46,086 nucleotides of DNA from a virus (taxonomy: Duplodnaviria > Heunggongvirae > Uroviricota > Caudoviricetes), in IMG/VR virus record IMGVR_UViG_3300028591_000113, positions 1-46,086 of that record; one strand, given 5' to 3'. Under the pieces are notes generated by a model. It was not told where the DNA came from. It searched no databases and was given only the letters and a program-made list of their open reading frames with translations. Of the stretch, positions 1-13,800 are shown one piece after another; within the stretch, counting starts at the first letter, position 1; the number at the start of each line of letters is the position of its first letter. Made by a program: the position numbers and the translations under genes.

Positions 1-362
1 TTGGACCTTCAGGACCTTCTTCACCTTGAGGACCACTTGGACCTTGAGGACCTTCTGGACCTGTAAGACCCATAGGACCTGTAAGACCACTTACACCTCT
101 AGGACCACTTGGACCTTGAGGACCTTCTGGACCTGTAAGACCCATAGGACCTTGAGGACCTTCTGGACCTTCTTCACCTTCAGGACCTGTGAGACCACTT
201 ACACCTCTAGGACCACTAGGACCTTGAGGACCTTGAGGACCCGTAAGACCCGTTGGACCATCAGGACCAGTAGGGCCTGTTGGACCAGTAGGACCTGTTG
301 GACCAGTAGGACCTGTAGGACCAGCAGGACCAGTTGGACCGCTAGGGCCACTAGGACCAGCT
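1..362 (-). repeat. Gly-X-Y collagen repeat tract with internal duplications
   Basis: Period-9 GGT CCT/CCA NNN repeats on the minus strand; a block of about 48 nt recurs near 34 and 104. Confidence 0.95.
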
Positions 363-988
363 TCGCTACTATAAAAAGGTTGAACGTATATACGTGTAAA
401 ATCATGACTAAAACCGCAAATACTCCAATATTTGCGTGGTTGTCCTGTTGTATTACCAAAGAAATCTCTTCGAGTATTAATATCAGTGACATCTTCAATA
501 ATAATATCACCAATTTCTGGGATAATAATATTGCCACCAACTATCTCATCTCAATTAAAAGCAATACCATATTCATCCAAATCTGCTCAATAAGCATATT
601 GATTATCAGAACCATATGAAATATGATCTGAAGTGAAAGTGAATCCTGAATAAGTGATAACAATATTATCAATAAATTTATATCTTTCACTAGGAGAAAT
701 AGAAGAACTAGAATTATATGTATTAATATAATAAAAATTATCAGTACCGTTCCAACTTGAACTCATTGGATTATATCTATATGGATTATCTGGAACAGGA
801 TTTGGTGTACTTTCAGAAGAAGTATTCGCATTACCTTTTATAACTAAATTCGTTTTTGTATTAGAAAAAATTTGAAAACGATTCGCTGCTCCAATCGCTG
901 AATGAGAGGAAGGCGATGTATTTCTTCGTATTAAATTTATATATAAAAAACTACGAGCAGTAGTATAATATGTTTTTAATGCACCCAT
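1..988 (-). CDS. Collagen-like tail fibre protein, 3' end runs off the window (code 4)
   Basis: ATG at 988. The frame continues through two in-frame TGAs (587, ~543) into Gly-Pro-X repeats ([28 protein letters not shown]...) to the window edge. Confidence 0.85.
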
Positions 989-991
989 AAA

Positions 992-1984
992 CTACTCTCC
1001 TAAACGTTTTTTAAGGTCTTCAACCTCCTTAGTTAATTCTTGAACTGCACCTAATAAAACATAAATAAGTTTAGATTCACGAATCATCATAAAATCACCA
1101 TCTTTACCAGTGGCGTTTTTATTATCAACTAAAGAAAAGCCATCTATATCTATATCTTGTAATTCTTGCGCAATTAGACCAATAGTACGTTGTGTTTCAT
1201 CTGTTTTATAATTAAAACTGTAAATTTGTACTTTTTTAATAATATCTAAAAAACCACTATTAAGTTTGTTAAAGTTTTCTTTTGCGCGTTTATCAGAAGT
1301 AGCATTAAAATATAATGCTTGACAATAGTTATTAATTTTTACATAATCACCAACAAATAAACTATAACCAGTTTGCGGTGTATTATTTGTAGTGATTGTA
1401 GTTGGTCCTAAAATAAAACTTTTTGGATAATCACTCAAATAACCTAAATAAGCAATTACTTGTTTGGTGTCGCTTATTTTAGTACTAAATTGTATTCCGC
1501 TATGTCCATGAATTTCTAATCAATCATAGCTTTCATCTGAATAAATTCAAGAAACATATTGTAAATCATAATCGTGATCATCACTATCATAATATCGTTC
1601 AAAATAAATGCCATTAGAGTTATTCATGTAAATATCTCTATCATGATATGCTGTTCGATTTAAATAAATATCACTATTAAAATAATTTTCACATTCAAAA
1701 GTATTTTTTACCTTGGTAGCAACTAATGAACCGCAAACATAACCATTTAAATTGGCAACTAACGTATCAATTAATTTACCAGTTTCACTGTTATGTTGAA
1801 AAACACTTCCTTGGGAAGGGTTGCTAGTAAGTAAGGCTAATTTTGGCATATCTGCAGAAGTAATGTAACCACCATTCGGTGATAAACTTTTGCGCGACCA
1901 TTCAATAATAGAAAATACATTTTGTGGAGTTCCACCATTGTTTTCGCCATTAAAGCCTTTTAAATGTTCTCAATATAAAGCCAT
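992..1984 (-). CDS. Tail fibre/spike protein with C-terminal intramolecular chaperone (peptidase S74-like) domain, 330 aa (code 4)
   Basis: SD GAGG then ATG 1984; 3 in-frame TGA; ends TAG. The C-terminus SDKRAKENF...YSFNYK...IGLIAQEL...LIYVLLGAVQELTKEVEDLK matches the S74 autochaperone pattern. Confidence 0.85.
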
Positions 1985-2010
1985 AATATTACCTCACTAT
2001 ATTCATATAA

Positions 2011-2039
2011 ATTATGCCGTATAAAAAAGAGGAAGTCAA
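2011..2039 (-). promoter_or_regulatory. sigma70-type promoter TTGACT-N17-CATAAT overlapping the upstream terminator
   Basis: Minus-strand hexamers at 2039-2034 and 2016-2011 with a 17-nt spacer. Confidence 0.6.
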
Positions 2040-2054
2040 TTATTTAACTTCCTC
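2023..2054 (-). terminator. Rho-independent terminator
   Basis: GAGGAAGT/ACTTCCTC stem followed by a T-run on the minus strand, just after the large tail gene. Confidence 0.75.
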
Positions 2055-2064
2055 AGTTATACTA

Positions 2065-5000
2065 TTAACGAATAAGTTTAACAATACTTTGTAAGAGCTT
2101 ATCTTGATACTTAATTGAATTAACTGTTAATGAAATATCCGTATCTTGTCTTAAATTGTAACTAATATCACTAATAAAGAGATATTGATTTAATGCACGA
2201 TAAGTTTCATCAACAGCATCATAGTAGTCAGAAGTGTTAAGAAGAATACCATCACCAATATGTAACTCTTGTCCTTCGTAACCACTTAATGATGCGGCGT
2301 CAATAACTGTGATATTATAATTCTTTTCTGGAGAACTATAATCTTTAAAAGCTAATTGTGCCATCTTAAGTAGTTGCTCTGATGAGCGCGCATCTTTATT
2401 TTCGTAAGTGTTTTCTAAGAAAATGCCTGGATAACGCGTGTAAAGCATTTGTCATAGTCTTAATTTTTCATCAAGTTTTCTTTCATATGCCGGTGCTTCT
2501 ATGTTATGATATTTTGTTAATAATAAATATAATTGCATAGCATATAGTCCATCATAATACTTATAAATTTTTTGTTGGCTATCTAATGTGCGGATTAAGT
2601 TTTTATGCTCTGTTCCGCCACCCACTGGATAATAATAAGTACGAACTGCATATTTTTGAATGGTGAATTTACCTAAATTGGTTTTTGGTATATCTGTAAA
2701 AATATGTTGAATAGCATTAATAACTGCTGGATTATCTTTTAAGAAATCAACTTGACTAATTTCATATTCTTCTTTATCACATTTTTCATTAATGTTTGGG
2801 TGATAATTAAATAAGATACCATCTAATGTTGTTTTTCCCTCATATTTATATATTTCAACTTCAGGAACAAATAAGGAAGATAATAACACATTTCCATCTT
2901 GATTTACTTGTCATATTGAAGAGAATCAAGCATTATTATTTGTTGCCGCGTCAATTTGCCAGTATTCAGGAATAAACCATTCACAATAGTGACTGGCTGT
3001 ATAGGCTTGCATTCATTCAGTAGTTAATTGAGTTTCAATAATCATAGCTTTTTCTGCGATTAGAGGAAAATCTAAACGATTATGGAAATGGTATCAAAAA
3101 GTACCATTAGACATTTTGCCTATATCATAGTGATTAACACGATGACGTGTGATAATAAATTTATATCCAAATAAACTAATTTCTTGACTATCTGTATCCA
3201 CATTCGCATTAAAAGTAGTTGTAACTTCATCATTAAGTGTTTTATCATCAATTATTAATTTTTCTTCTTCATCGATGTGATATGTGCGCAAACAAATTTT
3301 AAACTTATCTGGAGTAATTGTTGCGCTACCATCTCTGAACTCTGCCGCATTTATTTCAGTATTGCTCATATAATAGTAGCGACGATCTGTTAAGCGCTTA
3401 TGAGTTTGAGGATCTTCAAATAATATTTGCGCTACAGTATAAGTGCGAGAGTCGATATCATTTTTAGCATACCAATGTAAATTAATATCTGTTCAATCAA
3501 AATCTGCGGTAATATCTTCAACTTTGGTTAATTGATTGTCTTTTTCAGCAACAAAGAATAAGTCATAAACTGTAGTTTGTCTTTCTGTGTGATAAATAGG
3601 AGAAAGTTCTATTTCACTACTAACTAATTGACGATCATTATTCAAATGATAAACACGACCATTTACGTCTTTTCAATTGATAGTAAAATTATTTGGATTA
3701 TGAGTAGTTAATGTCGCCGTAGTATTTGAAACTATTAGTTTTTCAAAAGGTTCCAAATGTAAAGCGTAATAAGTAATCGGATTTTCTAAAGGATATTGAG
3801 AATTTCCTGAAATTTGGAACTTAACATATGTAGAATCGGCAAAACCTACAGTATATCCAGAGGCTTCCATTTTATCACGATAATCTGCTCATGTTGGATT
3901 ATTATTAAGTTCTTCTTTAGAAAAGACACCAGAGAAATTAATTTCTTCTCTTAATTCTACTAATGGATAGAATTTAATTGCGCCAAAGCGTTCTGGAAAA
4001 TTACTACCAATAACAACAGTATCTTTTAAAAATTCAGCCGGAACTCAAATATATGTGTCTTTTGGGTTAATGCCTTCGTTTTGTCTGCAGAAACGCGCAT
4101 ATCTATTATTAATTCAATAATAATCATGCTTTGTATTGGCGTCGTTATGATAAATATCAGCTCTTTCTGCAGCCGTTAAGATTTTACCCTCATTATCGAA
4201 ATAAAATCCGTCATAAGTAGCATTGATATAATTATCCATTACATCATAATTTAAATTGCTATGAGCAAGTGAACCTTGACTATATGTAGCAACAATTTCT
4301 TGATAGTAATTAAAATAATGTTTGTAATTACTATGATTATCAAAATCTAGTCAATCATATCAATTATCATTTGCTCATCATGTTTCAGTAAGACCACGAA
4401 TAGTTAATTCACTATCTTGTTTTTGTACATAATTAACTCAATGAGAATCACCCTTTAAGTACTTGTTGATTTCACCTAATTTTTGAGTTTTATCTGGATC
4501 TGATGATTTACCGCGTGCTTCATTATAATCAAATTTACTTCAATTTTCTCCATCATAATGAGACATATTAAAGGTTGTATCGTCTTTTTTGCCTCAATGT
4601 GCATATTTATGCATACCACCAACAATCGCGCCGGTAATACCGCCAATAGTGCAAAGAGGACCTGCGCCTGGAATAATAGTATATGATAGTAAAGCAAATA
4701 AAACGCCTCCAGCTATTGCCCATCCTTTTGCTGTATAATCTTCATAATGAACAAAATATTTAGAATTCTTTAGAGAAGATAGTACATCATTATAAAAACG
4801 TGTGATAGAAAATGACGCAGATGTATCATTTAGATTATTGCTTATAATAGAAGTAGCATTTTGAGCATAAGATAAAAACGGAACCGCATAAAATTTTCTA
4901 TATAAGTTATCAAAAGCAACTTTTTCTTCTGCAGTTTGATCATGAGATTCTGTAATTTTATGATAAAAATCTCCATCACGTTCATAATAAGGATTGCCTT

Positions 5001-7872
5001 TTTCATCTAAAACACTGAAAGTATAATTTAATTGATTGGTTTCGGTATTTTGTTCTGTTGTATAAGTAATTAAATAATCATAGATATATAATTCATCAAT
5101 CGGTGACATTGATTTATATAGTTCTCAAGCGGTAGTGACACCAAATTGCTTTTCCATGTATTCTATCTTTAAATCAGGATTAACTTCTGTTAAAATTGAT
5201 ACCGCTGGTCAACTAATAAAATTTAATTTATCTGCTACAGTTTTATAATTTGTACGTACCCAATCAAAAGGCACTTTTAAATCTGTATCACGTACATAAT
5301 ATCCTGAATTATGATTATCGCGTAAGAAAAGTTTTACAATTTCTTGATAAGAAAGTCTAATATATTGCTCTTCGTTTCCAAAATTTGTAATTCTTTCTTT
5401 AGGTGGCACACCAAAAAATTCATTATATTTATTATAACTTAAATAATAATTATCCGCCGGATTGTAATGATGTGTATTATTAACTGGAGTTAATTTACCC
5501 TTTTCAATCATTGGAACAAAAAATTCTTTATAATTAAATTTATTGGGAAGTTTTTGTTCTATGTATTTTCCATTTATAAAAGTAAAAACAGGAGAAATAA
5601 CAAATGATTCACTATTATCGGTTCCTTCATGATGAATAATTGGAGAATTACTATTAAGTAAATCTCATTTAATTGCACCGTCAAAACTAATTAAATAATT
5701 ACTTGGAATGTGTGATTCTTCTTGATTTTGAATTGTATAATAAACATCATCTAAATATGAGGTTGCACCTGCAGAAAAGATGTTTTTATCTTCAAAATAT
5801 TTTCTAAAATTATACATATGTTGAAGAAATCTTTGTTCTGCAGAGAAAAATTTATTAAATCTATCGCTAATAATGTTATTAATACTAAGCAATCCATTTT
5901 CTTGATTATCTGCGTTATCAGATTCAAATAATTGATGATAAGTATTAATAAATTCACTTATGTTGCTACTTATCATACCACTTTTTGTATATGGTTCAAC
6001 TACACTTGCATAGAAGGTTGCACCAAGTGTATCAGTATCTGCTTCAAGTCTGCTTAAAATCTTTGTGCGTTCATGAAGAGCATAATAATAAGCATTTGCT
6101 AAACACATTAATTGACCATTAATTATGCGCAAACCATTTAATAATCAAGTCATTAAACCTTCGTATTCATATTTTGATAAAATGCCTTGACGGACGAAAT
6201 AATTAAAGTCCATAATTTTATTTTCAAGTCATGGACAAGATTCGGCAATGCGCGCGAATTCAAGTTCTTCATTTGTATAATCACGAGTAATAGTGAAAAA
6301 TAGAGTATTTAAGTTTAAACGTTTAGTGTTAGAGTCATTACTTGGTCTTTTTATTAATAAAAACCAATTATTATCATTAATTTCTCTGGTAATGATTTCA
6401 TTTTGTTTAAAAATTTGTATATCATTACCATTAATATAAGCAAAACAAATTGCATCATTGCTCTGTAAGCTATTAATGTTAATAAAATTCGTTGGGCCAG
6501 TGACAAAAGAAGTAATGTTATTTTGATCTTCTCAATAGAAACGAATTTTATTATAGTAACTTTGTCATTTTAATTGATTAATTTGTGCTTTTCAATATCT
6601 TTGATCATTAATTTCAATACCATCTGTATTTGGGTCTTCATTGTCATCAATTAAATAATATTCCTGACTATTGCTGTCTAATTTAAAACGAAAATAATCC
6701 AAAGATTTATCTGGTTGGTAAGTATATCCATAATTTTCACCTTTAACGACATCAGTATAAAAACCATTATAATACTTAGTGTCTTTTCAATCATTAGACA
6801 TAAAAAGCGCATTAAAGAAAGAAGGTAATGTAGGAAAAACACTAATTTCTTCATCATTTCATGTTGTAGATTTAATATTTAAAACAGTAGTAAGGGAATC
6901 CCCTGAAAAATTTAATCCAAAACTTTGAATATCTCTTAATGGAGAGTAAGTTAAACCACTAACTTCAGGATTTTTAGTAGGACTAAAAAAGAAATATTTA
7001 GCATATCTAATAGGATCTCCAGGACGAGCTGGATTAAAACTTTCTAAGCCTTCCACAACACTAAGTTGTAAACCTAAAGTTTCTGCAACTGCAATTAATG
7101 CCGCATTAGCGCTAACATTAGAAGCAGAAAAAGGAAAAGTTTCATAAAATTCTGCATATGTTTTAGTATTGTAGATAGGCTTAATAATTTTATCTACTTG
7201 ATTTGAATTACTGTTAATACCAAGTGGAACTGTGTTTTCAACTGTTTCACCTGGAGCATTAAATTCATGTAAAACACCATTAGTGTCTTGATAAAGACCT
7301 TTTCATAAAGGTAAATACTTATAAGTAATATAACAATCATGCGCGATTTTTTCAGCCCATTTATCTGCACTTAAAGCACCAATAAAATCTGCGCTAGTTT
7401 CGTCATTAATTAAGGTATAACCGTTATTTTGACGGTTTAATTGATAAGTAAAAGAGTCTTGGCAAGTGACTTGATAAACAATAGAAGTGTTGTTAAAATT
7501 ATATTGAATTTTATTTACAGTGAATAACTTACGATTTCTAAATTTATCTTGGAGTTCAATTTGAACACCAGTTCTTAAAATACGTGCAAAAGGATTTTCA
7601 ATTCATTCTTCATCAATACAGACTTTATCATCCATACTAAAAGTAAGTTCTTGTTGTCCGTTTTTGTGAGTTGCAAGTTTTTCATTATAAGTATATGCTA
7701 CCGTATGAGTTTTTAAAACATTTGTTTTATCTTTATTGATTTTAAATTCACTTTGTTGATCTTGATAATCTGTAATAACATGAAAAAGATAGGTTTCTGT
7801 TTGATTTGTTAAATTATCATTGAAAACCATATCATTATTAGGAACGATTAGACTAAGTTTAAATCTTGCCAT
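2065..7872 (-). CDS. Large tail tip/central tail protein, 1935 aa (code 4)
   Basis: All ORF-track fragments 7603-7872, 6859-7056, 5665-6132, 5209-5511, 4594-5109, 3673-3870, 3094-3369, 2452-2889 and 2065-2448 share one frame, separated by TGA (about 30 in total); ends TAA. Position downstream of TMP/Dit supports the product call. Confidence 0.8.
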
Positions 7873-7883
7873 AAAAATCCTCT

Positions 7884-8771
7884 TTAATAAACATTAATTT
7901 TTAAATTTGATAAGATACCATTTGGTATGCTTGTATATATAATATAACGACTTTGCGGATATTCTCCAACTCTCACTTGTTCAGTTTTTGTATAACTGTC
8001 ATCAAACACTTCTTCATAAGAATTATTATTTTCTAATAAAACTTCATGTCCTAAAAGATATTGTGCTGTTCATAATCCACCTGTAACATATTCTTGATGA
8101 ACTTCATCTAAGTTTAAAGTCGCAATACTAGGATCTGCGGGCGTAGAAGTAAAATTGGATAAATAAATAGGAGAAGCGGTAAATGGAAAAAGGCCATCTG
8201 GACTATTTTTTGGATAAAAACGAGCGCCTGGTAAGACTAAAGAGAACAAATAATTAAGACCATATAAATCTGTCGCATTTTCTGTAAACGCTCAAGTAAT
8301 TTCTGTAGTAACTTCATCATTGTTGATTGTATTAATAACAAAGTCTTTTAGTGTATAATAACTACCAGAATTGGCTAATGGAATAATTGAATACTTGGTA
8401 GTTTGATCGGTTTTATAACCATCATGACGTACTGCGAATCCCTGAGGTATAATTTTAGCGTGATTCCCATAGATATATAAGTTTTTTTGATAAACATTAT
8501 CAATGACCTGATGTGTTATCATCTTTGTTGGGTCAATTGAAGTATATATTTCAGGATGTTCTAAATCAGTTTTTAAAATACCTAAACTGATAAGTTGTTC
8601 AGGATTATAATAAGTACGACCTTTAGTATCAGGTAAATTTAAAATAATATAATTAGCATTAAAATTATCAATAAAACGTTTTAAAGCATCAATTTGGTGA
8701 TCTAATTGTAAACAATATTTTCGCAAAGTTTGAAAATGGTTAGAACCATGTCCAATATTGTAGAGGCGCAT
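7884..8771 (-). CDS. Putative tail/baseplate protein, 295 aa (code 4)
   Basis: ORF 8292-8771 reads through 2 TGA to TAA at 7884; tail-module position. Confidence 0.7.
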
Positions 8772-8772
8772 A

Positions 8773-9567
8773 TTATTTTACCTCACAAACTAACTCAACA
8801 GATGTATTATTATAACAATCAATAATACCGTCTGTAATAGAGAAGCTACTGTCTAAAATAACTTGTTCTTGCTTAGTTCCTTCTACAAAATAATATTTTA
8901 CTATAGGTTTGATTGTTCCAATTACTTTAACAGATATATCATGTCTTCCGGATAAAATAATCAAATTATTATTATATCCTTGAGGTTGTCCTTTTATTGT
9001 TAAGTTTGTTTTGACTTCAGTGTCTGGACTTTCTGTATATTTATAAATTAATTGATATGTAGATCCGCCTTGTGCTGTTGGTACCCAATTTTCTGCAGGC
9101 TGATATGTTCCTTGACTAGAACCATGAATTAAATGGATATTGCCTTGATAATCTTTAATAAATAAGTCACCACGATAAACAGTTTCTTCTTGTTGTAAGC
9201 TATTTAATCATTTAAAAGGAATACGTAAATTACTTACAACAGAGGAATTAGGAGGTAAATTAGCTAATTGACCTAATAATTCATCTCTATCGTCAATAGT
9301 TTCTCTGATTTGATAAGCATCTCAGAATGAAATAGTTTTACGAACAGCTTCTAATCTATAATTGAGATAATATAAAGCATTAATAATGCCAGTGGTATCT
9401 GACTTAAAATTATCAATACTAGTGTGCGCTATTATATCTAATAATGCCTCTCCATGCTCAAGAAGAGTGTCTGATTGACCACCATAAGCCGTAATTAATT
9501 GAGTTGCTATATTGTCCGGAGTAACTGTAATAGTATCTTTTTGTTTATATGATTGAAATTTTGCCAT
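8773..9567 (-). CDS. Putative tail/baseplate protein, 264 aa (code 4)
   Basis: SD GGAGG; joins 9322-9567 and 8773-8964 in frame through 2 TGA. Confidence 0.7.
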
Positions 9568-9579
9568 AATACTTACCTC

Positions 9580-10836
9580 CTAGATGACATTAGTACGATT
9601 ACGCATTGAACAATCAATTTTACCACTCATAGTAGTTATTTGAGTTTCTGAATCAGTAGTAAAAGCAAAATTTTTATAAGGGTCTATAATCTGAATAACA
9701 AATTTATATGTAGTATTCTCAACTTCTGGGTAGTCTAAACGTCCTGGTCAAAAGAAACGATTTACTTCCATAGATTCAATAAAACGCTTCCCCTCTGCAT
9801 TAATTGACAATAAACTTAAAATTTGTGCCTTATTACCGGTTTTTCAATAAATTAAACCTTGTTCTGAGTCATATGTAAAAGCAATGTAATTTGCACTTGT
9901 GTCTGTTAACGAATCTGGTATTTTTAAATTTTTAAAAGATAAATCAAATAAGACAAGAGGTTCGCCAATAATATTATCATCTGAGTCTTTAATATAGGCG
10001 ACTCCTTTTAGTTCATGTATATAAGTATCTTCAGTATTTTCAACTGGGTTATTATTAATTGGTACGAATTCGCTTAAATTAATAGTTACTGGAAAATCTA
10101 AATCAGAAGGTCATGCATCTTTTCAAGTTCAGTAGGATTTACCTGTTGCTTGATCGGTAATATATTGATTAACTATTTCCTTTCCTTGTTTATAGTTTGC
10201 TTCTCCAGCAGGATAAGTGATAGATGATCAGTCTTCAATAATATATGGAGAAATTTGTTTTGCGCATTGTTTTCCAATAACATCAAAAGTCAATGTGAGT
10301 TCGGTGTAATATCTATAACCATCTCCATCTCCGCCATTAAGTCGAGAATATTCTAAATTAGTAGAAGATGCAGAAGTTTGACTAACTTCTTTACCTAAAA
10401 CATATCGTGTAGAATCTTTTATCGTAGATAATTTACATTCATACCCATATTTAGGTTCAAAACTAAAGGACAACATATCTACTGAATAAGGATGTAATAA
10501 ATTCATTAAAACACGATAATCTTCAATAGAAATTCAATAAACACCTATTGTAAAAGTAATTTGTTGTGTATTAAAAGAAACACCACTCAAATTAGTATAA
10601 CCATCTTGATATTGTTGTTTTGTATAATTATTTGAGAAGGAAGCCCCATTATACATTTTGAGGCTTCCTTTCTTTTCATTAATAATAAAGGCTCCAAATT
10701 CAGCAAACATATTATTAATATTAGCCCAACTAAAAGTAGCAAAGTCATCAAGACTTGCAAGTTTATTGCGTTCTGCAATTGTACGTTCTGATGGACTTGT
10801 TAATTGGAACTCATAATTTTCTGGAATTCTTGCCAT
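9580..10836 (-). CDS. Distal tail (Dit-like) protein, 418 aa (code 4)
   Basis: SD GGAGG; reads through 7 TGA to TAG at 9580. Product inferred from position directly after the tape measure gene. Confidence 0.65.
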
Positions 10837-10847
10837 TTTGCTACCTC

Positions 10848-13800
10848 CTAGTTATAACCAAGTTGTTTTAAAGCACTTTGAATTGCTTCATAAATTGTTT
10901 GTTGATCAGAATCACTTAATTGTACTGATTGACCCATAATATTGAGAATTAAACTATCACCTTGACGTTCGACATCAATATTACTTCAATCTACATTAGG
11001 CATAATAGATGCAAAAGTAGTTTGCATTTGTTGTAAGTAGTTTTGCATACCTAATTCTGTATTATTGCCGCTCGCAGCTTGCGCAGCCATCATTGATGCA
11101 ATCATATCACTTGGATTTTGAGTATCATTCATCATTGCGGTGAGAAGAGCTTGTTCATTAGTAAGAAGCTTTTCTAAGTTCTCGTTAATTTGTGTAACTT
11201 GATCTTCAATACTACTTATCATCGCTTGTTGTGCTTGTTCGCGCAATGTTTTTAATCTTTCAGTTTCTAACTCTTCTAATTGTTTAGTTAAGTCTGCACG
11301 TTTTGCAACCGCATCACTGTTTAAAGAAGAACCTAATTTTGTAATATTTGCAATTAAAGTTTGTGCCTTTTCTTCATATTCTTCTTCTTCATATTCTTTG
11401 TTGATTGCATCGAAATATTTTTGATATGCCTCTTTACGCTTTTCTAGAGATTCTGTTAAAGCATCTGTCTCTTTTTGAAGAAGGTCTTTATACATCTCTA
11501 ATTGCGCTTGTTGTTGGTCATAACGCATTTGTAGAGATGCTAAATAAACTTTACTAAGGTCTTCAAGTTCTTTTTTATTTTGTTCTAATTCACGAATGTA
11601 AGCATAATCTAATTCTTGACGTGCATATTCAATTTTTAACTGTTTATCAATATCATTAATAAGTTGTTTACGTTGTTTTCTTAAGGCGTCATTAGCACGT
11701 AATGCTTCTTCAATTCTAGCATAATTGCCACTTTCAAAAGCTTGTAATAAGACACCACCTTGTTCTCCTTTAAATAAATCAGCATGTTCAGAAATAAAGG
11801 AGGTTTTATCTGTATCAGACATTGTTGCTCATTCTTTCGCTTTTTCATAAAAACCGTTAACAGTATTCTTAAATTTATCAATATTTTGACCCATATTAAG
11901 AATTGTGGTTCCAAAGGCTTTATCATAAGCATTTAAGATTGAATCATAATTATCCATTCCAAACATATCGGCAATAGTATTACTTAAGTCCGCACCAGTT
12001 TGTAGAAGTTGGAACATATCATCTAATACCTTTGCGGATTCGTCAGCAGTATAACCAATTTTTTGAATAGCTGATGCTAATTCATTAATACCATCAATAT
12101 CTGCACCAATAGCATCAATATAATCAAGAGTATCTTTAGACATGGTTGAGAATGTTTGCCATTCTTTATTAATAGTCTTAAAAGCTTTAAGAATTTCAGG
12201 ATCGCCTAATTCTGCAACTGCTCCACGCAATTCTTTAAATGCTTCAACTCTCTGACTGATTGTATAATCATCAGATTGAAGAATACTTGCCGCATCTCCT
12301 TTGCTACCTAATGCTTTAATATATTGATTAATTTGAGAAGGATTTGCTAATAATGCGGCTGCTTTTTCTACTGATAAGTTAGATAACATATTTTGTGTCA
12401 TCTTTTCTATATCTTTAGCATATTTTGCATTATCTTTTGATAGCTTTTTAAACTCATCAATTTGTTCATACAAATAAGCATTATTTAAAGAATAAATTGC
12501 AGCTTGAGCTTGAGTAATTTCTGCATTATTTGAAGGATTTGTTATAAAATCTCTTCAGTTTTGTCCACCTTTGTTTCTAAGGTCTATAATTTTATTACGT
12601 TGTGCATTACGTTTGGCAGCTAAATCTCTATCTGTTCTTTCTCTAATTTCTTGTAAATAATGATATTTACCAGTAGTATCTAATGTATTAAAATATTCTT
12701 TTTCTTCATCTGAAAGACTATCTGCTGCACTATCTAAGAGTGTAGCCATTTCTTCTAAGTCTTTATTAGTTTTAAGAATCTTATTGTCTAAGTCTTCAAA
12801 TTTAGAAATAACATTATTTAGTTCTTGAGATTTTTTATTTAATTCGTAAATTTCTTTAGATAATTTATTAATATCTTTTGCTGCTTTTTCGGCACCACTA
12901 TCTTGTTTAAAAGCTCCAGCAGATGCAGCAATAGCTAATCCCATACCTAATAGGACTGCTAATAATGCACCTGCAATAGCAATACCAGCGATAACACCAG
13001 GAATACCTGCAGATGAGAATGCACTGATGATACCAGCAGCCATACCACTACCTTGAGCAGTGGCTTTTTCCATTTCGGCTCCAGTTTGTACTTTTGCTGC
13101 TGCAGCACTCTTTAATTGTGCAGCCGCGTATGCTTGTTGCAAAGTATTAATAATGGTTAAAATAGAGATAATTGGAGTCATTACAGATGCTAAATTACCT
13201 CAAATTTCTCCAATACCTGCTGCATTTTGGGCAATTTGTATGTCTGTATTTAACATATCTAGTTTAGCACCATTGATTTGTGTATCAACTAAAGCCAATT
13301 CTTTATTAATGGCAAGTTCATCTTGTGTGGTGTCTAACATTGCAGCTTGTTGTGCTTGTAATGCCGCAAAATCGTTGGATTTATCTTTATCTAATAAAGC
13401 TAGTTGGGCTTGAAGTTTTAACTCTTTTTGGGTTAATTTTACACCAGGTAATTTTGCCTTAGCTTCTAAAAGCGCAGCCTGTCTAGCTTGGAGTATAAGA
13501 AGTCTTTGTTTAAGTTTTTCTTTATTTTCTTCTAAAACTAATCTATTATGAGCTTTTTGCATCTCATAACGTTTAGTTAAATTAATTAATAATACACTAC
13601 CAACTGTCACTAATGTCATAATTAATGTAACATCATTAGATAGAATATCAGCAATTCATTCCATGAGGTTGGCCACACTATTAATAAGACCAATAATTGC
13701 ATTGCTGTCTGTAACTGCTGTAACAATATTCTCCCAAGCGACATTAACTTTGTTTAATGCAGCATCCATACCTTCCATGTATGTTGCCATTTGAGCCATT

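Noticed and set aside
26-619. 197-aa plus-strand ORF with RTTWT/RTFWT repeats, and the 199-540 minus ORF
   Set aside because: Shadow frames of the collagen Gly-X-Y tract; the true frame is the minus-strand fibre gene read through TGA.
1-7872. Diversity-generating retroelement acting on fibre genes
   Set aside because: No reverse transcriptase and no TR/VR pair differing at adenines in this window.
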